Shown: positions 7,809 through 16,847 of the stretch, one piece after another
Position numbering within the stretch: position 1 is the first letter of the stretch
Layout: every line of letters begins with the position of its first letter
Assembly (NCBI GenBank): GCA_964402865.1
Contig: CAYODW010000016.1
Location: forward strand, 1-24,000
From: an uncultured Desulfonema sp.
GTDB taxonomy: Bacteria; Desulfobacterota; Desulfobacteria; Desulfobacterales; RPRI01
Length of the DNA stretch: 24,000 nucleotides
Direction: 5' to 3'
Notes under the pieces: model-generated
Seen by the model: only the letters and a program-made list of their open reading frames with translations
Told to the model about the DNA's origin: nothing
The model's database searches: none
Made by a program: the position numbers and the translations under genes

Positions 7809-8945
7809 CTAATCGCATTCGCCTGTTAACGCAAGATTGTCTCTGTGAATGACTTCATCATAGGGCTTATGTCCAAGCTTCTCTTTTATCAGACTCGTCT
7901 TTAGTCCCATGATCTTCTTTATATCGGAAGCGCTGTAATTTACAAGACCGACTCCGATCACTTCATTGTCCGCATTGCTGAATTCAACTGGAGAACCTTC
8001 CCCGAATTCTCCTTTTACTCTTATAATGCCTCCTGGGAGCAGGCTTTTGCCTTTTTCAACAATCGCGTTTACGGCGCCGTCGTCTATTATAATAGAGCCC
8101 CGCGGCTTCAGCGAAAAAGCTATCCAGCATTTCTTTCTTGAGAGTCTTTCCTTTCCGGGAACGAAAAAAGTGCCATGTGCTTCGCCTTCAAAAAGTCTGG
8201 AAAGAATGCCGGGTTTTTCACCTTTTGCTATAATCATCGGAATTCCCGCTGCTGTGACTTTTTTTGCCGCCTTGATTTTGGTGAGCATACCGCCTGTTCC
8301 GAGAGTTCCCGGCATGCTGCCTGCCATCTTTTCAATGCTCTTTCTTATCGTATTAACGACAGGAATAAGTTCGGCGTCGGGATTACTGCGGGGATCTTTT
8401 GTGTAGAGTCCTTCAATATCGGTAAGAGTTACAAGAACATCTGCATCCATCAGGATCGCTATCATCGCCGCGAGATTGTCGTTGTCTCCGAATTTAATAT
8501 CCTCAACCGCGACAGTGTCATTTTCATTTATAATCGGAACAATCTTCCATGACAAAAGGGTGTAAATTGTGTTTCTCGCGTTAAGATATCTTTTTCTGTT
8601 TGACAGATCTTCACTTGTAAGAAGTATCTGGGCTACTTTTTTATCGAATTTTTCGAAGGCTTTTTCATATTCCATTATAAGCCCGGCCTGTCCGACCGCG
8701 GAAACGGCCTGCCTTTTTGGAATCTCATCAGGTTTTTCCCGAAGACCTATTTTTCTTAATCCTGAAGCCATGGCGCCCGAAGAGACTAGAATAACTTCTG
8801 TTCCCTTGTCCATCAGAAGGCTTATCTGCCTGCTTATAGAGCCCATGACCTTTAAATTCAGTCCTTGGTCCTCGGTTAAAACATTGCTCCCTATTTTGAC
8901 AACAACTCTCTTTGAAGAAGTAATAGATTTGCCGTCATCTTTCAT
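7809..8945 (-). CDS. proB: Glutamate 5-kinase with a C-terminal PUA domain
   Basis: 378 aa with the N-terminal amino-acid-kinase motif VVVKIGSNVLT. The PUA-like C-terminus reads GSIIIDDGAVNAI...GDVIGVGLVNYSA-type. The start overlaps the obg stop. Confidence 0.9.
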   Translation of the reverse strand: MKDDGKSITSSKRVVVKIGSNVLTEDQGLNLKVMGSISRQISLLMDKGTEVILVSSGAMASGLRKIGLREKPDEIPKRQAVSAVGQAGLIMEYEKAFEKFDKKVAQILLTSEDLSNRKRYLNARNTIYTLLSWKIVPIINENDTVAVEDIKFGDNDNLAAMIAILMDADVLVTLTDIEGLYTKDPRSNPDAELIPVVNTIRKSIEKMAGSMPGTLGTGGMLTKIKAAKKVTAAGIPMIIAKGEKPGILSRLFEGEAHGTFFVPGKERLSRKKCWIAFSLKPRGSIIIDDGAVNAIVEKGKSLLPGGIIRVKGEFGEGSPVEFSNADNEVIGVGLVNYSASDIKKIMGLKTSLIKEKLGHKPYDEVIHRDNLALTGECD

Positions 8946-9954
8946 CTTTTTTGTCTTCTCTGCATTTACCCAGTAATAATGCGGTTTTCTGTTTCAGCCG
9001 GCTTATGCCTTCGCCTGTTGCGGCGGATATTGTCAATACTTCGGTATTCCCGGTCGCTTTTATAAAAATATCCGCCGCTTCTTTCGCGCCTGTGATATCG
9101 AGCTTATTAAGTACAACCAACACTGGTTTCTCGGCAAGACTTTTGCTGTATGAAGCAAGTTCCCTTTTTATAGTATTGTAGCCGGAAAGAGGCAAATCGG
9201 GGTTAATGGCCGAAGCGTCTATAAGGTGGATAAGCATGCTTGTACGTTCTATGTGCTTTAGAAATTGTATTCCAAGGCCTGCTCCTTCATGGGCGCCTTC
9301 GATAAGTCCCGGGATATCTGCAACAACAAAAGGTTCTCCCCCGGCGATTTTTACTACACCCAGCATGGGTGTGAGGGTGGTAAATGGATAATCTGCTATT
9401 TTAGGATGTGCTGAAGAAATAACGCTGATAAGCGTAGATTTGCCTGCATTTGGAAGTCCGACAATTCCGACATCTGCAATAAGCTTGAGCTCAATTTTCA
9501 GATTTAAGGTCTGGCCTTCCTCGCCAGGTTGCGCAAAACGGGGGGTCCGGTGTGTTGATGTTGCAAATTTCTTATTCCCTTGGCCGCCTCTTCCCCCTCT
9601 GGCAATTACAAAGGACTCATCAGGTTCAACCATATCTTTCAATATGCTGCCTGTGGTAGTATCGCTTATTACCGTACCGGGAGGGATTTCAATGATCAGG
9701 TCTTTCCCTTTTTTTCCGGTTTTTAGTCTTCCAGCTCCGTCTCCGCCTTTTTCAGCGATGAAATTCTTTTTATACCGGAAATCGTAAAGGGTTCGCTTTT
9801 GTGATACTGTCCTGAAGATAACATCACCGCCCTTGCCGCCATCTCCACCGTCCGGTCCTCCGCGCGGAATAAACTTTTCTCTTCTGAGACTTACACAGCC
9901 TCTTCCACCGTTACCGGACTGGACAGTAATAATTGCTTCATCTATAAATTTCAC
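8935..9954 (-). CDS. obg: GTPase Obg/CgtA
   Basis: MKFIDEA N-terminus and a Gly-rich Obg fold ([18 protein letters not shown]). G1 is [10 protein letters not shown]3 is DIPGLIEGA and G4 is NKLD. It lies directly downstream of rpmA. Confidence 0.92.
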   Translation of the reverse strand: MKFIDEAIITVQSGNGGRGCVSLRREKFIPRGGPDGGDGGKGGDVIFRTVSQKRTLYDFRYKKNFIAEKGGDGAGRLKTGKKGKDLIIEIPPGTVISDTTTGSILKDMVEPDESFVIARGGRGGQGNKKFATSTHRTPRFAQPGEEGQTLNLKIELKLIADVGIVGLPNAGKSTLISVISSAHPKIADYPFTTLTPMLGVVKIAGGEPFVVADIPGLIEGAHEGAGLGIQFLKHIERTSMLIHLIDASAINPDLPLSGYNTIKRELASYSKSLAEKPVLVVLNKLDITGAKEAADIFIKATGNTEVLTISAATGEGISRLKQKTALLLGKCREDKKDER

Positions 9955-10205
9955 TCTGCATATACGCTGGCTTTTTTACGTGAACGTCCAAAATCTTCAT
10001 ACGCAACGACCCCGTCAATCTTTGCAAACAATGTGAAATCTTTCCCCAAACCGACATTGTTGCCAGGATGTATTCTTGTTCCAAGTTGACGAACAAGTAT
10101 GCTGCCGGCTCGGACTTTCTCGCCGCCGAAGCATTTCACGCCACGTCTTTGTCCATTACTGTCACGGCCATTCCTTGAACTGCCGCCTGCCTTCTTGTGT
10201 GCCAT
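9951..10205 (-). CDS. rpmA: 50S ribosomal protein L27
   Basis: 84 aa. [24 protein letters not shown] is the canonical L27 N-terminus. Confidence 0.95.
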   Translation of the reverse strand: MAHKKAGGSSRNGRDSNGQRRGVKCFGGEKVRAGSILVRQLGTRIHPGNNVGLGKDFTLFAKIDGVVAYEDFGRSRKKASVYAE

Positions 10206-10230
10206 TTATATACTCCTGTAAAAAAACAAG

Positions 10231-10542
10231 TTATGCTTTTATGCTGTCGATTTTAATTGCCGTATAAGCCTGCCGGTGACCGTTTTTACGGCGATATCCT
10301 TTTCGTCTTTTGAATTTGAAGACCAGAATTTTTTTCGCCTTATCCTGCTCAACGATACTGGCAAGGACAGTTGCATTCTCGACAAAAGGATTGCCGACTT
10401 TAACTGTTTCACCATCCGAAAACATGAGAACCTTATCAAATGAAACAGTTGTACCAACATCACCGGGTATTTTCTCAATTCTAAAGGTTTCACCTTGTTC
10501 AACCTTATATTGCTTTCCGCCGGAATTAACTATAGCGTACAT
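10231..10542 (-). CDS. rplU: 50S ribosomal protein L21
   Basis: 103 aa. MYAIVNSGGKQYKVEQG is the canonical L21 N-terminus, and GGAGGA lies upstream of the ATG. Confidence 0.95.
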   Translation of the reverse strand: MYAIVNSGGKQYKVEQGETFRIEKIPGDVGTTVSFDKVLMFSDGETVKVGNPFVENATVLASIVEQDKAKKILVFKFKRRKGYRRKNGHRQAYTAIKIDSIKA

Positions 10543-10587
10543 TTTTTCCTCCTGAAAAATCAGATTACTATATTTTGAAAAATTGTG

Positions 10588-10615
10588 ATAATATCCTTCA
10601 AAAATATATTGTCAA
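10588..10615 (-). promoter_or_regulatory. Sigma-70-type promoter candidate for the rplU-rpmA-obg... operon
   Basis: On the minus strand, TTGACA (10615-10610) is followed by a 16-nt spacer and TATTAT (10593-10588), about 45 nt upstream of the rplU ATG. Confidence 0.55.
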
Positions 10616-10740
10616 GAATAATCTGGATTTTATAAGCCTGTATGGTATTAATTCCCCTGATCAGACCAACCTGATTTATATATAACATATGGAACTATTT
10701 TTATTTTTTGTCAACAATAGTTTTAAACTGCGGCCGGATG

Positions 10741-10769
10741 TTGACAGAATCGTAAAAAAGCAGAAATAT
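10741..10769 (+). promoter_or_regulatory. Weak sigma-70-type promoter candidate for the dehydrogenase gene
   Basis: TTGACA (10741-10746) is followed by a 17-nt spacer and AAATAT (10764-10769). The -10 element is a poor match. Confidence 0.3.
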
Positions 10770-10818
10770 CAGAACAAATTCGCATTTTCACCCAAAACAA
10801 ATTTGAGAGGACAATTCA

Positions 10819-11721
10819 ATGCTGACAGTAAAAAATGATTGTACAAAAATTGGCTGGATAGGAGCTGGCGTCATGGGACTTTCAATGTGCCGGCACATAA
10901 TGGAAAAAGGATTTGCCGTAACCGTATATAACAGGTCACGCAGCAAAGCCGAGCCGCTCATCGAAAAAGGGGCTGTATGGGCATCATCTCCCGATAAGGT
11001 AGCCGGATTATCGGATATTGTTTTTACCATGCTCGGACTTCCGGAGGATGTCAGGGAGGTTTATATGGGGAGAAAGGGTATATTTTCAGGGGTTAAAAAA
11101 GGCTCCATTCTTGTTGATATGACGACAACGAGCCCGAGCCTTGCAATCGAAATTTATTCATTTGCAGCAGAAAAAGGAGTTTATGCTGTTGATGCACCAG
11201 TTTCAGGCGGTGACGTAGGCGCCCGCTCAGGAACTCTCTCCATAATGGTTGGCGGTGATCCGGAGATTGTCGAAAAAATAAAGCCACTTATGGAGGCAAT
11301 GGGGAAAAAGATAGTATACCAGGGACCTGCGGGTTCAGGGCAGCACGCAAAAATGTGCAACCAGATCGTCGTAGCAGGCACGATGATAGGTGTATGTGAA
11401 AGCCTCCTTTACGGATATAAGGCCGGACTCGATATGAAGACCATGCTTTCCAGCATATCGGGGGGCGCTGCGGCATGCTGGGCGCTCGATAATATGGCGC
11501 CGCGGATTTTAAAAAGAGATTTTAATCCCGGCTTTTTCGTCGAGCATTTTATTAAGGACATGGGTATAGCCCTTGATGAGGCTAAACGGATGAAACTCGT
11601 TCTTCCGGGACTTGCTCTTGTAAATCAGTTATATATGTCGGTTCTGGCTCACGGCGGCGGGAAATCGGGCACACAGGCGCTTATACTGGCACTTGAACAG
11701 ATGAGCAATATATCCCATTAA
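10819..11721 (+). CDS. NAD(P)-dependent beta-hydroxyacid dehydrogenase (3-hydroxyisobutyrate / 2-hydroxy-3-oxopropionate reductase family)
   Basis: 300 aa with the N-terminal Rossmann motif IGWIGAGVMG. Family-typical DAPVSGG and GSGQHAKMCNQ motifs are present. The RBS is GAGAGGA. Confidence 0.85.
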   Translation: MLTVKNDCTKIGWIGAGVMGLSMCRHIMEKGFAVTVYNRSRSKAEPLIEKGAVWASSPDKVAGLSDIVFTMLGLPEDVREVYMGRKGIFSGVKKGSILVDMTTTSPSLAIEIYSFAAEKGVYAVDAPVSGGDVGARSGTLSIMVGGDPEIVEKIKPLMEAMGKKIVYQGPAGSGQHAKMCNQIVVAGTMIGVCESLLYGYKAGLDMKTMLSSISGGAAACWALDNMAPRILKRDFNPGFFVEHFIKDMGIALDEAKRMKLVLPGLALVNQLYMSVLAHGGGKSGTQALILALEQMSNISH

Positions 11722-11723
11722 TT

Positions 11724-12566
11724 TTATTCTCGGACTTTCTTATGCCGATTCTGGATATAGGCATTCCGCAGACCCTCATAAGGCTCCAAAGCCGCTTTTT
11801 TAAAGGTTTCGTAATCGCCTATCTTAAGAGATGTCTCATTTATTATCCTGTAACCGGTCACTATCAATGACGCCTCAAGAGGTTCAACATATGAAACCGG
11901 TTTTAAAAACCGGTCGCCCGCCATGCCGAAAGTGTCCCGGAGAGTGGAAGGTCCGAGGAATGGCCATACAATATAAATGCCGTTTCCTATACCGTATGTC
12001 GCAAAAGTCTGACCCAGATCTTCATCGCCATTTTTTAATTCAGGATAATTTTTTGCCGGATCATCAAAACCCAGGATGCCTTCAGTGCTGTTTACGACGA
12101 ACCGTGCGAATTCATGACTTGCGGTCTCAAATTTACCCTGAAGCAGGCAGTTTACTAACCGGACCGGCATTCCCAGATTATCAAAAAAATTATGAACACC
12201 GGTCCTTACCATCCTCGGGATTACGGCACGGTACATAGTCGCGACAGGTTTCATAAACCAGAAATAGAGCTTGTCATTGAAATGAAACATGCCCTTGTTC
12301 CAATAATAAAGAGGGTCGGCAATCCTGATGATTTCTTCACCGGTCTCTTCTTTTAAAAAATCTGGGTCGTCATCCAGATACTCCTGATCGGAATAATCCG
12401 ACCCGGTAGCAATCAGGACTTCCGGCAAATGCTCTTTACCTGTCTCAATAATTGATTCAGAACCATATCCCGGCAAAAGAACATCCTGGGAGCTATATGC
12501 TGGTGGAGCCGACATAACGGCAATAAATACAATATAAAAAATAATTGAGGCCTTGAATCTATTCAT
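11724..12566 (-). CDS. mlaA: MlaA/VacJ family outer-membrane lipid-asymmetry protein
   Basis: DPLYYWNKGMFHFNDKLYFWFMKPVATMYRAVIP...VHNFFDNLGMPVRLVNCLLQGK matches the MlaA/VacJ core. The ORF track start (12638) is a TTG inside mlaC. The ATG at 12566 gives MNRFKASIIFYIVFIAVMSAPPAYS, a signal peptide with no lipobox Cys. Confidence 0.8.
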   Translation of the reverse strand: MNRFKASIIFYIVFIAVMSAPPAYSSQDVLLPGYGSESIIETGKEHLPEVLIATGSDYSDQEYLDDDPDFLKEETGEEIIRIADPLYYWNKGMFHFNDKLYFWFMKPVATMYRAVIPRMVRTGVHNFFDNLGMPVRLVNCLLQGKFETASHEFARFVVNSTEGILGFDDPAKNYPELKNGDEDLGQTFATYGIGNGIYIVWPFLGPSTLRDTFGMAGDRFLKPVSYVEPLEASLIVTGYRIINETSLKIGDYETFKKAALEPYEGLRNAYIQNRHKKVRE

Positions 12567-12594
12567 AAATATGACATTACCATATAATAGCAAT

Positions 12595-13209
12595 TTATTT
12601 GATTTCAGCTTTTTGCTGTTCCGCAAGTTTTTTTTCAAGCCGCCCTATGAGTTCGTCGGGAGATTCCTTCGAGAGAATTTCGTTAAACTGGGACCTGTAA
12701 TTCTGAACGAGGCTGATACCTTCGATCTGAACATCATAGACCTTCCAGTTGTTATCCTTCAACCTCATACTGTAATCGACCGAAAACTCGCTTTTTTCTC
12801 TTACTATCTTTGTTTTTACTACCGCCTTGGAATCAGTAACCATCTCCTCTCCGATGTAAACCACTTTTTCATCCCTGTATTCTCCCCGAACCTTTTCATA
12901 ATAAGTATTTCCGAGAATTTCTGAAAAAACCTTGCTGAATTTTATTCTCTGCTGCGGAGAAAACCTCTTCCAGTTACTTGCCAGCGCCCTTCCTGAAAGC
13001 TCCATGAAGTCAAAAGCTTTTCCTGCTATTTCCCATATTTTATCACGCTGAACGTTTTTAAGAGATGGGTTTTTAAACTTGGAGTCTCTCAAAAGGCTGA
13101 TCCCTTCGTCTATCGGGCCTTTAAGCGCATCCATCGGTCCCGTATCAGCACAAAAAAGAAAAGCCGGTGAAAAGGTTATCATAATAAAAAGAATTACAGC
13201 TTTTTTCAC
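12595..13209 (-). CDS. mlaC: MlaC/Ttg2D periplasmic phospholipid-binding protein
   Basis: 204 aa with a signal peptide. FDFMELSGRALASNWKRFSPQQRIKFSKVFSEIL...WKVYDVQIEGISLVQNYRSQF is the typical MlaC pattern. Confidence 0.85.
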   Translation of the reverse strand: MKKAVILFIMITFSPAFLFCADTGPMDALKGPIDEGISLLRDSKFKNPSLKNVQRDKIWEIAGKAFDFMELSGRALASNWKRFSPQQRIKFSKVFSEILGNTYYEKVRGEYRDEKVVYIGEEMVTDSKAVVKTKIVREKSEFSVDYSMRLKDNNWKVYDVQIEGISLVQNYRSQFNEILSKESPDELIGRLEKKLAEQQKAEIK

Positions 13210-13241
13210 TGATCTCTCCTGTCAGATATAATTTGTTGGTT

Positions 13242-13685
13242 TTAAATCTTGCCAAAAACATACTTGCTTAACAACTCTTCAAGATCAAGAGCAGACTCAG
13301 TCTCAGTTATCATCTCTCCCGGCTTCAGTAAAGCATCAGAGCCGCCCGGGGAAATCTTTATATATTTGTCTCCGATTATACCGGCGGTCTTAACCGACGC
13401 GATTACATCATCCGTCAGGACAAGCCCCTTCTCTATTTTCATTTTGACTATGGCATTTTTATCCTTATCAAGGGAAATTGACTCAATAGTGCCCACCTTA
13501 ACTCCGGCTATCTCTACAGGAGCACCTTGCTTCAGACCTGAAACAGACTGGAATCTGGCATAAACCGGATAATTGTTATCACCTACCAGCTCCATCTTTC
13601 CAAGCTTAATGGTAAGATAACCCACACAAACGAGCCCGAGCAGAACAAATATTCCAACGTATGTTTCTATTAATGTTTTTTTCAC
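13242..13685 (-). CDS. mlaD: MlaD, an MCE-domain protein
   Basis: 147 aa with an N-terminal TM helix followed by an MCE domain (YARFQSVSGLKQGAPVEIAGVKVGTIESISLD). Confidence 0.85.
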   Translation of the reverse strand: MKKTLIETYVGIFVLLGLVCVGYLTIKLGKMELVGDNNYPVYARFQSVSGLKQGAPVEIAGVKVGTIESISLDKDKNAIVKMKIEKGLVLTDDVIASVKTAGIIGDKYIKISPGGSDALLKPGEMITETESALDLEELLSKYVFGKI

Positions 13686-13700
13686 ATTCCCTCCAACTCA

Positions 13701-14909
13701 TCAGCAGTAACTGAGCTTATATTTCTTGCTTTCCTTAAACTTTGAGCCTGTAATAATCTCTTCAGGACGGTTGCCGGAACCAGCCTCTGCAAATGAGGCG
13801 CTTGCAAACAAACAAAAATCGGGTTTGGGTGCTTTCTCCAGAATATCATTTAAATCAATCATTGATACCAGTCTGTCGCACATTATTTCTGCTTTGTCCC
13901 CGGCTAAACCTGGAAGAAGGATGAGGATGCCCTCATGCCCGTAAAAGAAACAGCTATCAGTGCCTCTTATACAATCATGTGCCTTTGAAACAAAGCTGTT
14001 TAAAATTGCTTTTGAGGCGCCCGTTCCCTGACTCAGTGCTATCTCGTTTAAATTTTCCAGGTGGAGTAGTATAATAGAAAATCCCGTTTGCCCAGGCATT
14101 GCAAAGGCCTGCTCTCCCGAAAGCTTGCCTTTGTGAGTAATCGAAGGAATACAATCTATCTTTTCACTACGGTTTTCCATTCCCTGTATAAATTCTTTTA
14201 TGGCAGGATCTGAAGCCGCAGCCAATTCATCCTTGCTTCCTTCAAAAAGTACGCGGCCATCATTTAACATGGCAACCCGCTGCGAAATATTAAAAATATC
14301 GGGTATGTCATGGCTGATAACAACCCCTGTAAAGCCGAACTTCTGCTGATAATCAGATATCATCCTGTGGACAGCTTTTTTTCGGATAGGATCAAGCCCT
14401 GTTGTAGGCTCATCGAATAGGACTATCTCCGGATCAGTGATTAGCGCTCTTGCAAGGGCCACCCTTTTTTTCATCCCTCCCGAAAGCTGTGAAGGGTACT
14501 TTTCGTCTATCTCATGCAGATCAAGCTGTTCCATTTTATCCCTGACCCGTCTGTTTATCTCCGAATCGGGTAAAGATGTTGTTTCACTGAGCGGAAGGGC
14601 GATGTTTTCATATATTGTTAAAGAATCGAAAAGGGCTGTTCCCTGAAACATGTAACTGCATTTTCTTTTTAGGGCTTTTCTCTCGGCCTTGTTCATGTCC
14701 GAAACAGGGCGACCTTCAAAAAGGATTGCACCCGAATCCTGTTCTAGGAGTCCGATGATATGCTTGAGAAGTACACTTTTCCCTCCCCCGCTTTTTCCAA
14801 TTATCGTTGTTATCTCGCCCTTATAAATGCTGAGATTGGTGCCGGATAGAACATGGTTTTCACCAAAGCTCTTATAAACATCCTTAAATTGAATTAAAGG
14901 CTCTCTCAT
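13701..14909 (-). CDS. mlaF: MlaF-type ABC ATPase fused to a C-terminal degenerate GGDEF-like domain
   Basis: Residues 1-243 form an ABC ATPase: Walker A GKSGGGKS, signature LSGGMKKR, Walker B IVLFDEPTTGLD and H-loop ISHD. Residues of about 270-400 align to the GGDEF fold, with FSIILLHLENLNEI in place of the DxD-FK region. RGTD followed by 5 residues and then GHEGI (nt 13926-13967) stands in place of RxxD-N5-GGDEF. ILILLPG and CLFASASFA match the conserved GGDEF beta strands. Confidence 0.8.
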   Translation of the reverse strand: MREPLIQFKDVYKSFGENHVLSGTNLSIYKGEITTIIGKSGGGKSVLLKHIIGLLEQDSGAILFEGRPVSDMNKAERKALKRKCSYMFQGTALFDSLTIYENIALPLSETTSLPDSEINRRVRDKMEQLDLHEIDEKYPSQLSGGMKKRVALARALITDPEIVLFDEPTTGLDPIRKKAVHRMISDYQQKFGFTGVVISHDIPDIFNISQRVAMLNDGRVLFEGSKDELAAASDPAIKEFIQGMENRSEKIDCIPSITHKGKLSGEQAFAMPGQTGFSIILLHLENLNEIALSQGTGASKAILNSFVSKAHDCIRGTDSCFFYGHEGILILLPGLAGDKAEIMCDRLVSMIDLNDILEKAPKPDFCLFASASFAEAGSGNRPEEIITGSKFKESKKYKLSYC

Positions 14910-14918
14910 AAGTTTTAT

Positions 14919-15719
14919 TTACAGCAGAAAAGATGTTAAAACATAATCTGTTACAAGAATCAGAATACAGGAAATAACAACAGCCGAAGTCGTTGAAATG
15001 CTAACTCCTTTTGCGCCGAAACCATCGGTCCTTGTATGTGTAAAATAGCCCTGGAAACAGCATATCGTTACAATAACAGCCGCAAATACAACCGACTTTA
15101 TAAAACCTCCTGTAACATCCTCCAGCACCACGCTCGTTTCAATACGGGTAAAGTACGCGCCCGGGCTTATTCCTAGCAGAACGGAGCCGGTAAGATACCC
15201 TCCCAGAATACCGACCACGTCAAAAAGGGCGGTAAGTAGAGGCATACTGATTAAAGCGGCAGCCAGCTTTGGACTAACAAGAAAACGGATGGGGTTGATA
15301 TCCATTGTCTCAAGAGCATCGATCTCTTCCGAAATCCTCATTATACCAACTTCAGCAGCCATAGCCGAACCGGCTCTTCCCGTCACCATAATAGCCGCCA
15401 GTACAGGACCAAGTTCCCTTATCAGTGAAAGAGCAACAGCAGCTCCTAAAAATCCGGTTGAACCGAATTTTACGAGTGTATAGTATCCCTGAAGCCCGAG
15501 CACCATTCCGGTAAATGCCCCTGTAAGACATATGACAAAAACCGATTTTGCCCCGATGAAATAAATCTGCTGCATTATTTTATTAAACTGGAAAGGACGG
15601 TAAAATATTAACGCAAAACTCCTGAAAAAGAAAATGGCGATGCGTCCCATCTCCTTTATTATGAAGATTGTTTCCCTCCCAAGACTGGTGAGCGGGTATA
15701 TAAAAGCGGATATGTGCAT
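14919..15719 (-). CDS. mlaE: MlaE ABC permease
   Basis: LTSLGRE...FTGMVLGLQGYYTLVKFG...SLIRELGPVLAAIMVTGRAGSAMAAEVGIMRISEEIDALE is the canonical MlaE core. I chose the internal ATG at 15719 (266 aa, the same size as characterised MlaE). The extra 25 codons in the ORF track overlap a strong promoter-like element. Confidence 0.85.
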   Translation of the reverse strand: MHISAFIYPLTSLGRETIFIIKEMGRIAIFFFRSFALIFYRPFQFNKIMQQIYFIGAKSVFVICLTGAFTGMVLGLQGYYTLVKFGSTGFLGAAVALSLIRELGPVLAAIMVTGRAGSAMAAEVGIMRISEEIDALETMDINPIRFLVSPKLAAALISMPLLTALFDVVGILGGYLTGSVLLGISPGAYFTRIETSVVLEDVTGGFIKSVVFAAVIVTICCFQGYFTHTRTDGFGAKGVSISTTSAVVISCILILVTDYVLTSFLL

Positions 15720-15776
15720 TATAACAACCTTATAACAATTCCAAATTACAATATAAATGAATTTGTTTCTTTTACG

Positions 15777-15804
15777 AATATAATAAAATGGCATAAGGTG
15801 TCAA
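15777..15804 (-). promoter_or_regulatory. Sigma-70-type promoter candidate for the mla operon
   Basis: On the minus strand, TTGACA (15804-15799) is followed by a 16-nt spacer and TATATT (15782-15777). Confidence 0.5.
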
Positions 15805-15883
15805 GAAAGTAAAAATGATATGAAGCCTAATATTGATTATTGATTCAGGCAAATCAAAAATACAGCTCCTTAAGAAGTCATAA

Positions 15884-15912
15884 TTGACAATCTTCTGCCG
15901 CCTTGTTAAAGT
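15884..15912 (+). promoter_or_regulatory. Sigma-70-type promoter candidate for the hydrolase gene
   Basis: TTGACA (15884-15889) is followed by a 17-nt spacer and TAAAGT (15907-15912), about 37 nt upstream of the ATG. Confidence 0.45.
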
Positions 15913-15948
15913 TTTTTTATAAATGGTTCAAAATGAGATTTATAAGAG

Positions 15949-16821
15949 ATGATCACAACACAAGGAGATTCCGTGGGAAATTTTACCGGATATTCAGAAG
16001 GATATTGCAGACACGACGGTCTGAATATTTTTTACCGCCAGTATAAGGCCAGTCCTGAAAAAGCAAGAATGATCATAACCCACGGGCTTGGGGAACACTC
16101 GGGACGGTATTTGAACGTAGTAAACAGCCTTGTCCCTAAAGGCATAAGCATTTTTGCGCCCGATTTCCGCGGACACGGGAAAAGTGACGGGAAACGGGGC
16201 CATGTCCTTTCTTTCGGCGACTATCTTGAAGATCTTTATTCAATATCAGAAGTGGCTCTAAAAGAAAAAAAGCCCGGTATGAAATGCTTTCTCCTTGGGC
16301 ACAGCATGGGCGGTCTTATCGCAATAAATTACACAATCCTCCGGCAGGAGACAATTGACGGGCTGATTATTTCATCCCCCTCTCTCGGAGTGGCTGTAAA
16401 AGTTCCGGCCATAAAAGCTGCTCTGGGGAAAGCAATGTCATTTTTATGGCCGGGCTTGAGCTTGAATAACGAGCTGGATGCTTCAAAGATAAGTCATGAT
16501 AAAAAGGTGGTGGAAGCCTACAGAAATGATCCTCTCGTGCATGATCGCGTTACCGCCCGCTGGTTCACCGAATTTTTATCGGCGATGGAAAATGCCAATA
16601 ATCAGATATCGGAAATTAAAGTGCCTTTCCTGATGCAAATAGCCGGAGATGATCATATTGCTAATGCGGCAGCTTCGAAATCTTTTTTTGAAAGACTCTC
16701 TTCAAAAGACAAAACCCTTCATGTCTATGAAGGACTTTACCATGAAATTTTCAACGAGAAAGAAGAAGACAGAAAGCCGGCGATAGACGACCTTGAAAGC
16801 TGGATCGATTCCCGCATATAA
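15949..16821 (+). CDS. Alpha/beta hydrolase, lysophospholipase / monoacylglycerol-lipase-like
   Basis: 290 aa. HGLGEHSGRY, the nucleophile elbow GHSMGG, a late acidic residue in AGDDH and YHEIFNE (catalytic His) together give the pattern of the PldB/MGL-like hydrolase group. Confidence 0.8.
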   Translation: MITTQGDSVGNFTGYSEGYCRHDGLNIFYRQYKASPEKARMIITHGLGEHSGRYLNVVNSLVPKGISIFAPDFRGHGKSDGKRGHVLSFGDYLEDLYSISEVALKEKKPGMKCFLLGHSMGGLIAINYTILRQETIDGLIISSPSLGVAVKVPAIKAALGKAMSFLWPGLSLNNELDASKISHDKKVVEAYRNDPLVHDRVTARWFTEFLSAMENANNQISEIKVPFLMQIAGDDHIANAAASKSFFERLSSKDKTLHVYEGLYHEIFNEKEEDRKPAIDDLESWIDSRI

Positions 16822-16847
16822 TGACCTGAATTTCTCCAGCGACGGTA

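Noticed and set aside
10620-10740. The AT-rich stretch between the rplU and dehydrogenase promoters, with a CCTGAT direct repeat and a TGATCA palindrome. I considered a ribosomal-protein leader or sRNA.
   Set aside because: I could find no extended complementary segments or recognisable leader structure. The predicted rplU 5' UTR lies downstream of this stretch. It is best explained as divergent-promoter spacer.
15720-15794. N-terminal extensions in the ORF track: mlaE to 15794, the SAF oxidoreductase to 21711, mlaA to 12638, gpmI to 5332 and the lipoprotein from 1995.
   Set aside because: The extensions start at TTG (21711, 12638, 5332), lack an RBS, or run through near-consensus -35/-10 hexamers (mlaE, SAF gene). 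They also add residues absent from homolog N-termini. Internal ATGs give protein lengths and N-termini consistent with the families.
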